From positions 20,584,001 through 20,648,000 of the forward strand of contig OX597826.1 in assembly GCA_951406725.2 (NCBI GenBank): 64,000 bases of DNA, written 5' to 3'. A program made the position numbers and the translations under genes. This document shows, in pieces, positions 53,721 through 64,000 of this stretch (position 1 is the first letter of the stretch; each line of letters begins with the position of its first letter). Below the pieces are notes generated by a model, which was given only the letters and a program-made list of their open reading frames with translations, searched no databases and was not told where the DNA came from. Origin of the DNA: Octopus vulgaris (taxonomy: Eukaryota).

Positions 53721-56327
53721 TCGGCCTCCCCCACATCTTTCATACATTTTATGAAATGTGGGAAATTCATAATACAATATTCTTTGATCTTGGAGTCAAA
53801 TAAATGACAAACAATTTGGCGGTAATGGTGTTTTAAAAATATTAGTCTTATGCAGGAGTTTAGGTCTAAAGTGAGTTGAAGAACAACTGTCCAGAACTTC
53901 TTAGCAACGTCTTGATAGACGTCCTACTGTCGTTCTGTCTGTTTTGGCTTCTGGCCCAAAATACATTTCAAGCCAGTGTATAGAAAACTCGATACTCATT
54001 CAATCATTTTTATTTTCACAGTATGAAACTGGGAAAATTGTGTAGTCTTACAGAATTTGGGATTTTTTTTCTCCTGTCACTATTGCCTTACATCTGTGTA
54101 AGCAAATAGTAACTGGGCACCCCAGGATGGTAACTCTAGCTTTAGATTATAAGAATCCTGTGCGTTCTTCTTTGTTCTCTTCTATTAAGGTTTGTATAAA
54201 GGTGTGTGTCACCAATATAATGCAGTTTCAATCACATTTTACACCTGCTCTGGATTCTGGTTCGCCACTAATCAGTCATTCCTTCCTGGTTTATTGGCCT
54301 TTCTTTCGCATTAGAATTTCATAACATTTTTATAAACCCATGAAGCCAATCTTTCCTATAATCTTACCGATGTTATAGTTTAAATTTGGTATGGAATAAT
54401 CTAATCTGTTATATTATCTTGGTTTCGGCAACTGCTTACCTCCACTCTGATGCTCCACCATCACTCAGTCATTCTCGGAACTCTTACCATCTTTCATAGT
54501 CACTCATTTCTTTCTTAGAATCACTGTATTTATTCAATGCTGATAGTTTCGCCCATTGCTTCTTCGTCATAAATAGTAAACTTACCGATTTCATAGATAT
54601 CCCACAGCGTCCATGTACAGACCCAGTCGTTTCTCTTTTTAACGTTACAACCATGAACTGAGCTGTTATTGATTGCTGTTTATGTTTTCACTCCTCCCCG
54701 AACACTTGTAGCTGCTGGACTAAAAATAAAGTACGAACTGCATAAATTAGCAGATAAATGGTGCTATGTAAACAATCTAAGAAGAGCGCACTGACCGCAG
54801 CGCCGTCTGGATCCACTGAGAAAACTATGATGGTATGATAGGCGGGAAAAATTCAAGTGCTAAGTGGGTAATTTTGTAAAACCAAAAAGAAGTTCCAGAC
54901 ATCAGAGTCAGGAAAAAAACGAAAAGATTTGTCTTGAAAAGTGGCTTGAAAACTATTCCATCCTTCGCTCACGGCCACAATTTTTCCGCCATCTAATTCA
55001 ATTCTTGACTAAATGTGACTCTGTTCATTGAAAGGGAGCAATGCTTTGCTATTTTATGTGATATCATAATAGAAAGTGACAAGGTAAAAACAGAATTACT
55101 TAAATATAGGTTTTAAAAAAATGGGAGAGTAAAGCAAAGATGCAATTTCTGAGCAATTTAGTTTCCTTATTTTTGTATTATTTTTGTCTCATTTATATTT
55201 AAATAAAAGATCTTACAAAGAGGAATTTAATTCTGTAAACCTCGACAAAATTGGTGCTAGAGAAAAAAAATTACGGAGCAAAAAGTGTAAGGCTTAAATT
55301 CGTCATAACTGGGTGCAGCAAGGTCAGCAATTGAGTGGACAAGAGAGATGCCAAGTGTCATCGCAAGATTGTACATATCAGCATTCATAATATCACCAAA
55401 CTGACCATCTGGTTTGTCATGTTGGCACCAAGCATGCATCTCGGACTTGGTGGTGATGGGGAGTCGCGTGATGTGCTCTTGGTGTTTCTCGAGAATGTGA
55501 ATATGATCAGATCTTTTTTGTCTCAAATCATTCGGCTCTTATTTTCACTTTATCTTATCCTGTTCTTTTCTCTACTGTTTGCTTATTAGCATCATTCAGT
55601 CCATCCCCTGCAACTTTACTGATATTTTGCCCCGTTTCAGGTTCGTCACTGGCGTTTTTATATTATTTACTTTCTGTCAAATAAAAAAAAATACTTTTCG
55701 AATGTAATTGAAACTTTTTGAAAAACAATTTTTAAACTTTTGCTTCAACAATTACATTTTGTCCGTAAAAAGCGTTGCCAATATAAAGAGTGGAGAAGCA
55801 GGAAAATGCGAATGCAACAGTGATAGCGTTTATAAGGACAGGATAAATCGGAAGCAAAAGAATATTGCAACTGATGTTGAAAATTCGATTTGGATGTACA
55901 ATTTTACACTGGGGTTCGGATAGGGATAAGATTAAAAGGGGAGATTTAGAATGCCCCTGGACAGCATGCTGCTACTGCGGCTAAATTTGATTTGATACTT
56001 CAGTTTCTTCCCTACCACGACACACGCTCATGTGCATGTCTCATCCAGATTCAACTCAACGGTTTACGCTGAGACTGAAGAAGATTTTGGTGCGATTTAG
56101 AGAAAGGAGGTTTGTTGGTCAAGCTTTATAGAAGATATGAGTGTTGGATGGAGGTGAGTCTGGGTGTCTAGAGACGAAGAGTGTTGGATTTCCAGAAGTT
56201 CGTGGGGATAAATTTTCATTTTTTTAGTAAGCAGGCTCCATGAAGCCATCGCACCATTTACCACTCTTAATTTTTCTGCTGACAACACATTACGGCCTAT
56301 TGACTTACCCCAGCCATCCTAGTTATT

Positions 56328-56374
56328 GTCTGTCTGTCTGTCTCTGTCTCTGTCTCTGTCTCTGTCTCTGTCTC

Positions 56375-56457
<83 letters not shown>

Positions 56458-56466
56458 GTCTATCTG

Positions 56467-56535
<69 letters not shown>

Positions 56536-56572
56536 ATATCAATATATCCATCTGTCTATCTATTTATCTCTA
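56328..56572. repeat. (CTCTGT)n/(CTAT)n microsatellite
   Basis: Direct inspection. Confidence 0.95.
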
Positions 56573-57057
56573 ACTGAGCTCATATCCCTATTTGCCTAGA
56601 TGTCAGCTCAGCCGTGGTGGAAAAACTAGAAAGGAAGGTCGCTGAAAAGTTTAAAATTTTGGCGGACAAGCTATATTTCCTTCATACTAAAGTCCTCCAG
56701 CTTCCTCTGATCATCCGCCATATTATATTTTATAGGAAGCAAATTGAATAAGCTCCATATAGAATTTTATTCACGGGAGGAGGGAGAATCTAAAGGAGGG
56801 AATATACTTTTATATTTCAATGAATCTAAAAACGAGACAAAAGATGATTTTTAAAAAAAAATTTTAATGTTTTAAAGTTTCCACTTTTCTTGTATTTTTC
56901 CACCGTCAATTAAGAATATTGTCTCCCTCCGTCCATATTATACATGCATACATACATACATACATACATACATACATACATACATACATACATACATACA
57001 TTCATGAGTGTGTGTACGTGTGTTTGTATGTATATATATATATATATATATATATTG

Positions 57058-57092
<35 letters not shown>

Positions 57093-57733
57093 ACATATGG
57101 GAAGATAGGCGGGTACACAATGAGAAAGTGAGACAGCTAGATAAATAGACAAATAGACAGATAAAGAACTAGATAGATGGATGGGTCAATAGACAGATAG
57201 AGAAATAAGTAGGTAAATCTTGTGGCTAGAAACTACAATCCCAGATAACAATTGTTAATTTGCAGATTTACCTTGGAGATATTGAACAAATGTATTTGCT
57301 GATCACATTATTAATCTCTATATTAATTAAACCCTCCTCGTCTCCGTCTTTCTCCCGTTATTATCACTACTATTCTATATTATCTGTCAATCAATCACCT
57401 CTAGATATATCAATTGATATACAACTGGCTGCAACAGCAACAATAACAGCCAAACACATAAAAATCAATTATGGAATCGATTTAGGGGAGGGAGATAAAA
57501 AAAATCTTCCTCACACTTTGTCTCTCTGTCTTTCTTTCTCTCTCTCTCTCACACTCTTTCTCTTTCTCTCTCTCTCTCACTCTTTCTCTTTTCTCTCTCT
57601 CTCACTCTCTCTTTCTCCCTCTCTCTTTCTGCCTCTTTGTCTCTCCCCTCTCTCTCTCTCGGGGGAATTTTATTTTCTCCTCTCCTATTTCTGTCTATCT
57701 GATTCTAACTTCCATTTCCTCTCTCTATTTAGG

Positions 57734-57781
<48 letters not shown>

Positions 57782-58020
57782 ATCTTTTCCTTTTGGTAGA
57801 TCTATAAACACTCCCATGCAAACATACATACATACATATATATATGTGTGCGTACACACACACACATATATAAATCAGTGTGTGTATTAACTTATCCATC
57901 ACTTGTTTTATTAACCTGTTGTTACATGTTTGCCTCTTACTTTCTTTTTCATTTCTTGTGTGTGTGTGTGTGCACGTGTGTGTATGTATGTATATATGTA
58001 TATATAAATATATATATATA

Positions 58021-58052
<32 letters not shown>

Positions 58053-58137
58053 ATTCTGGGCCTGTACAACAACCCTTTCTTGCAACCTCACAACCCAGCT
58101 TCACACCCGCAAACACACAAACTCAGGTATAGGTATA

Positions 58138-58171
<34 letters not shown>

Positions 58172-58346
58172 ACGAAGAGTACACAGCTCAGCAATAAATA
58201 TTGATTCAGCGATTGAATAAAGCAGTTTTGCTTTTTTTGTTTTTTTTTACTGACAGACGAGATATTAATACAATGGAAACCGGGAAGAATAGGCCTTCGC
58301 AGAAGTTGTACAACCAAAGTTGGGTCTGCAGTAGTGGCGGTAGCGT

Positions 58347-58394
<48 letters not shown>

Positions 58395-59211
58395 TGAGTG
58401 AGTGCGTGTGTGTGCGAGTGAGTGAGTGTGCGTGTCTGTGTGAGTGAGTGAATGCGTGTGTGTGAGTATGTGTGTGTGTGTAGTGATATGTGTGTGTGTG
58501 TGTAGTGATATGTGTGTGTGTTGTATGTATAGTGGTTTGTATATGCATATTTCTGTGTTATATATATGTGGTGGTACATGTGTGTGTAATGGTATGTTAC
58601 AGTTACAAAGCTAAGTTCACTTCCGGTATTATTTCCATCAACTCCTGTAGCTCGAATAGTAATTCTGTCCTCCGCGTAGATTGGAACTCAATACACTTTT
58701 ATTTCTTATTTCAAATATTTCCTTATTTTCTTATACATTCCTACCATTCGTGCGAGAAGAACACAATCAATTTAATCTACCCATTTGCATTACTGAGAGT
58801 ACTTTTATCAACACTGGATGATCGATAAAGTATATCAATCTCTGAGTGATAGAGACAGAAATACTACAGCTCTCGGCCATTTCTATTACCACACTTCTCA
58901 AACCTGATTCGGTTCAATATTTAACATGACTCCCATCACTATCGATAGGAACAGATAAATATGAAGCTCATTGTTCCAACTTTCCTGCTCTTTTTTTTTT
59001 AAGTTCCTATTATTATTTTTTCTCTGCCCAGATAAATACTATGATAATTTTCAAATTCAAATATGAATTCGTATCTATGTACGAAACAATTGTATGAATG
59101 AATAAACTTCTTACACACTTTTAACACCTTATCCCCACTCTATTTTTGACAAATATGATTAGATTTGTAGAAATTCATTCCATAAATTTATCATAAACTT
59201 AATATATATAT

Positions 59212-59495
59212 AGTGATGGCTTGTTGCCAACTTAATGTGGCAGTCCCAGGAAAGGGAAGAATATTACTGTTATTTAGCCTCAAGAAACACCGTTTCTAAT
59301 TGGCTACGCGACACAATCGTTCTGTGTCCTTATGTTTTAAACAGGGGAAATAAGCACTCCCATGTTTGAAAACATAAGCGCACAGAATGCTTTTGTCGCG
59401 TAGCCAACTAGAAACGATGTCTCTTTGGGTTGAATAACAGTAATATTCTTCCCTTTGCTGGGACTGCCACATTAAGTTGGCAACAAGCCATCACT
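59212..59495. mobile_element. Fold-back (MITE-like) element, ~135-bp arms
   Basis: AGTGATGGCTTGTTGCCAACTTAATGTGGCAGTCCCAG... pairs with ...CTGGGACTGCCACATTAAGTTGGCAACAAGCCATCACT; TA near both ends. Confidence 0.85.
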
Positions 59496-59575
59496 TTATC
59501 GTGCTGTTACTGCATAACTCTCTCAGAGATTTAGAAATGTAATATTTACACACACACACACACACACATACACAG

Positions 59576-59606
<31 letters not shown>

Positions 59607-59631
59607 CACACACACACACGCACATATATAT

Positions 59632-59845
59632 ACTCTTTTACTCTCTTATTTGTTTCAGTCATTTGACTGTGGCCATGCTGGAGCACCGCTTTTAGTCAAG
59701 CAAATCGACCCCAGGACTTATTCTTTGTAAGCCGAGTACTTATTCTATCGGTATCTTTTGCCGAACCGCTAAGTTACGGGGACGTAAGCACACCAGCATC
59801 GGTTGTCAAGCGATGTTGAAGGAACAAACACAGACACACAAACAT
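59632..59845 (-). mobile_element. SINE family B 3' half
   Basis: GTTTCAGTCATTTGACTGTGGCCATGCTGGAGCACCGC...CGGTTGTCAAGCGATG. Confidence 0.88.
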
Positions 59846-59901
59846 ATGCACACACACACACTCACACACACACACACACACACACGCACACGTACACACA
59901 C

Positions 59902-59932
<31 letters not shown>

Positions 59933-59954
59933 CAAACATGCATATGTATATATG

Positions 59955-59998
<44 letters not shown>

Positions 59999-60080
59999 GG
60001 TCCCGGGTTGATTCGGGGTTAACCACAGTAAGTAAGGTACTCAATACATAGCAGAGTAAAATTAATTTATTATATAGATG

Positions 60081-60132
60081 GAGTTCTACAGGACTAGTAC
60101 TGTTTCATTCAAGAGAAATCTTCAGGAAGCTC
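60081..60132 (-). ncRNA. Type-I hammerhead ribozyme (1-nt deletion in stem I 3' arm)
   Basis: Minus strand GAGCTTC-CTGAAGA-TTTCTCTTGAAT-GAA-ACAG-TACTAGTC-CTGT-A-GAACTC. Confidence 0.7.
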
Positions 60133-60137
60133 CTGAA

Positions 60138-60190
60138 GAGCTTCCTGAAGATTTCTCTTGAATGAAACAGTACTAGTCCTGTAGAAGCTC
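60138..60190 (+). ncRNA. Type-I hammerhead ribozyme, apparently intact
   Basis: Stem I GAGCTTC/GAAGCTC (7 bp); CTGAAGA 60145-60151; stem II TTC/GAA with TCTT loop; GAAAC 60164-60168; stem III ACAG/CTGT; GTA triplet 60181-60183. Confidence 0.8.
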
Positions 60191-60260
60191 CTTCTATATA
60201 ATAAAAAATATATATATATATATATATACATACATACATATATATATACATATATATATA

Positions 60261-60980
60261 TTACTAATCTGGTGATAAAATGCAGACGGCTAGCTGGATG
60301 GATTCTCCGAACTTTCAGAACAAGAGAGAAGGAGACACTGATGGTCCTATGGAAAACATTCGTCCTCAGCCGCTTGGACTACTGCTCCCAACTATGGTCA
60401 CCACACAATATAAAACTTACAGCAGAACTCGAAGCAATCCAGAGAAGCTACACAAAGAAAATCGTCTCAATGCAAAATATCAGCTACTGGGAAAGACTGA
60501 AAGTATTAAACCTCTTCTCCCTAGAGCGGAGGCGGGAGAGATATGCGGTGATATACATCTGGAAAATCCTGGAGGGTCTTGTCCCAAACTTTGGCATTCA
60601 AAGTTACTCCAACCGCAGAACGGGGCGCCACTGCATGGTGCCAAATATTCCAACATCATCATCAAAATACAGGACCAGATACTGCAACAGCTTGGGTTTC
60701 AGAGGACCACAGCTCTTTAACATCCTCCCTAAATGCCTGAGAGACTTACATGGTGTGGGTGTGGGTTTCTTTAAAACTAAACTGGATCTCTTCTTGTCGG
60801 GAGTCCCAGATGAACCTACCTCACGACAGGAGACGCAGATGCGGGCAACAGCATCGAACTCCCTTGTTGATCAAGTGCCACGTATCAGAGGTGGATTCAC
60901 ATATTAGTGTAGCTCATTCAGCGGTGGTGCCCCAGCATGGCCGCGGCCTTCGGGCTAAAACATTTTTAAGGATTTAAGGA
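60261..60980 (+). mobile_element. CR1-group LINE 3' fragment (ORF2 C-terminus, short 3' UTR, (TTTAAGGA)2 tail)
   Basis: ORF 60272-60907: GWILRTF..LSRLDYCSQLWSP..LEAIQR..YWERLKVLNLFSLERRRERY..FRGPQLFNILP..FKTKLDLFL; uninterrupted. Confidence 0.88.
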
Positions 60981-61745
60981 TATATGAATATTACCGATGC
61001 CATATACCTAATGTATGTGTTTTGTGTAAGCGCTTATTAGCTGCAGGATTTATCCAGAGAAAAGTCCAGTTAACACGTCGAGTGTTAAAAATACACTGAA
61101 AACCTCAAAACCAGACGAAACTATGGATATTGAGATTTCGTTGTCTATATATACATGTATATATGTGTGTGTGACTGTGTTTGTACGTGTGTGTGTGTGT
61201 GTGCCAGTATATGTATGTGTGTGTATGTGTGTATGCCCTTTACTTCGAATTTATATCACACATGAGCATAGAAATAGAAATTTAAAATAATTTAAAATAA
61301 AGTTAAAATAATCATTCATACAGAACTATGTTGTATATAGAGCCTGCTTGGGTGCCGTGCGGCACATTATCACATTTTGTATGTCACATGTAAAATCCTG
61401 ACTATATAAAGATAACTATTTACTAAATATTTACTGTTAATTCATTCGATTCAATTTCATTCCTTTCATTCATTCATCTTTAATCAAACTTTTCGCCATC
61501 AAATTTTTATGTTTGGTCTAATGTAAGGTACTTGCGTGCGTATGTGTATGTATGTATGTATGTATGTATGTATGTATGTATGTATGTATGTATGTATGTA
61601 TGTATGTATGTACGTATGTATGTATGTATGTGTGTATGTATGTGTGTATGTGTATATATGTATGTATGTATGCGATCACTGTTCTCCATATGAACAATAT
61701 TTCATAAGGCTTGTTGTTAAAAGAGATTTACCAATGCCTAGCGAT

Positions 61746-61960
61746 GAACAATATTCTATAGAGAACATTCTACTATAGAGAACAATGCTACATAGAAGAT
61801 TTTCTATAGAACACAATATTCTATAAATAACATAATATAGAGAACACTATACCTTATAGAACAGTATATTAGAGCGAACAATATATTATAGAAAGCAACA
61901 TTCTATATATAACAATATATTATATCTATGAGTATATTATAGAGAACAGCTTTCTATATA
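61746..61960. repeat. Degenerate ~17-bp minisatellite (GAACAATATTCTATAGA)
   Basis: About a dozen imperfect units. Confidence 0.7.
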
Positions 61961-62067
61961 TTACAAAACATAATAAAGTCACGTGCCAACTTCTGTTTGG
62001 TTGCTATATTTCTATCACACCGGAATGAGAAAGCAATGGCTCTGGTGAGAAAGGTGACAGAGAGAGG

Positions 62068-62091
62068 ATATATATATATATATATATATAT

Positions 62092-62184
<93 letters not shown>

Positions 62185-62260
62185 GTAAGAGAGAGAGTGG
62201 AGAGATAGATGTATAGATAGATATTTAGATAGATAGAGAGAGAGTTAAATAGATAAAGAT
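62068..62260. repeat. (TA)n/(GATA)n microsatellite
   Basis: Direct inspection. Confidence 0.95.
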
Positions 62261-63389
62261 AGAAAAAGAGAGGGGATGGGAGAGAGGGATGGAATTTGTG
62301 TATGATATAGAAGTGAGGTCAGATGTCAGGAAATGAAAATATGGGGTGGAGGAAAATTTTGGTTAAAAATAAACGTGTATACACACTCAAACACACAGAA
62401 ACACATCACCATCTGTGTGGCGTATTAAATGTATGTACAACATTGAAAGGCACGGTGGTATGGTTTGGGTCTGAGATAACATTTCTTTAAAGACTTGTTG
62501 TGTTAAAACCTCTAATATATATCAGCGGGAGTTGGACATCGTCGCAGCAGTGACTCACGGGAATGGCATATGCGTTTCGCACTAGTGGTGGTAGTGGTGG
62601 GGTTTGGTGCTTGTTTCGTCCCAATGGGGGCTTGTTAATACCTTTGCTAAAACGAAATTCGTGCTTCTATATGTAGAAAGCACCGTATCACATATTCAAT
62701 GGAATTGTCCAAAGTTAATTTTTATGTATAGAAAAATATTCCATTAAAAAGAAAAGAAAAAGCAAAGAAATAAAATGAAAGAAATTGGTTGAAATCTGAT
62801 CAAATTGCAATTAATTTCCAACATTAAGAATGATAACAAGAATTAACGTCCCAGGCTGTTTTATCTGAGAATGAACCAATATTTGATGCTACCAAACTTT
62901 GTCGAATAAATATTAAAATAAAATGTATTTAATACATGTTGATAAGATGTTTAAGTAATTCAATGCTAATTAAATAAGAATTAATTTCCTGTCTGATTCG
63001 AAAGCTTAATTGGTTGATTAAAGATTTCAACAGATGGAATAATTAACAGGTTTAAAAGATTAAAACCAGAAATCAATAATTAAAACTGCAACATGTTTAT
63101 ATTTCATTAGAAGAGTCACGTCTCGGTGATTCTATGATTCCAGTAAGGATTTACCAAAATTCTTGATTCAGCTGAATTCTAAATCCGAATAGTTCATCTG
63201 TGACGGTTCTATCTTTTATTGGAGTCTTCCAGTTGTTTGACGTTATTAGTAACTGTGCTTCTAGTTAATTACACTAAGTAGGTTACATAATACTTGGCAA
63301 TATGAAGTTAACTAATTAGTACAAGGTAATAGTTGAATTAAAGAAAACTTATTTAAATTCTTAATTATAAGATGTTTAATTAATTCATG

Positions 63390-63682
63390 TTATCACGGTA
63401 TCTTAGTATTGACCAGTCTAACGGATTTGTTATACATCGCATTGTTTTATCCTTTCGAATAATGCCCCTCTCTCCCACCGCTGACTAGGTGAGTAGGCCA
63501 ACATTACCCCTGATCGAAAGGTTATTCTGTGACCAGGGGTGACCCATTTACAGCTGAGTGGACGGGAGCAGTGTGAAATGAAGGATCCTGCTCAAGAACA
63601 CAATACACATCCCGGTCTGGGAATCGAACCCTCGATCTAACAATCGTGAGTGCAGCGCCTTAACCACTAGGCCACGGGCCTT
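63390..63682 (-). mobile_element. tRNA-derived SINE (third family) with CORE-like central domain
   Basis: Minus strand GGCCCGTGGCCTAGTGGTTAAGGCG (A box)...GGGTTCGATTCCC (B box), then TGTGTTCTTGAGCAGG...CCACTCAGCTGTAAATGGGT. Confidence 0.8.
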
Positions 63683-63701
63683 CAGTTTATGTTATAATAA
63701 A

Positions 63702-63749
<48 letters not shown>

Positions 63750-64000
63750 TACTGACAAATATATTATCTTGGAAATATTAAACTTAGCAAAGAATGCAAA
63801 CGACTCAGAATGTCACACATAGAAATGTTCAGACACCACTTGACACGAGGAACAAAATATCGAATTATATTAATATATGATATCAATATACAAGTTATTT
63901 ATGTTTAGCATGTTTTGACAAAGAGATTCTGAAAAGAAAAGAAAAAAACGAATCGGTACATGTATTCTGCAGTCTTCGGCAGCAAGTATTTCAATGCAGT

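Larger units (their letters stand above)
59995..60205. mobile_element. Head-to-head inverted pair of Penelope-type terminal repeats
   Basis: 59995-60132 (-) matches 52849-52966 extended; 60138-60205 (+) is its inverted partial copy; (TA)n flanks. Confidence 0.8.

Noticed and set aside
54900-55530. Mariner-like HPPYSPDLAPSD remnants
   Set aside because: Too degenerate; no TIRs or DDD triad identifiable.
61746-61960. CRISPR-like repeat array
   Set aside because: Contiguous degenerate minisatellite without unique spacers; eukaryotic context and no cas genes.
63605-63682. Functional tRNA gene
   Set aside because: The acceptor stem is poor and it continues into a CORE-like SINE body; called a SINE head.

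Overview
AT-rich eukaryotic (animal) non-coding DNA, saturated with microsatellites and transposable-element fragments. The repeat make-up suggests a coleoid cephalopod such as Octopus; this is an inference from the SINE families and microsatellite density, not a database match. No host protein-coding gene is recognisable, and most ORFs in the track are translated simple repeats. Real coding signal comes only from retroelements. These are an R4/Dong-type RLE LINE with an uninterrupted but 5'-truncated 896-aa RT/CCHC/RLE frame plus three further fragments (all at AAT repeats), an RTE LINE, two Penelope-like (GIY-YIG) fragments and a CR1-group LINE 3' end. Several tRNA-derived SINE families, Helitron-like elements and fold-back elements are also present. 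The most notable signal is a set of type-I hammerhead ribozyme motifs in short non-coding elements, mostly embedded in (TA)n tracts: two look intact (15810-15908 and 60138-60190, the latter half of a head-to-head palindromic pair) and several are degenerate. A second notable signal is a SINE/LINE pair sharing a 3' tail whose stem-loop is retained through compensatory changes.
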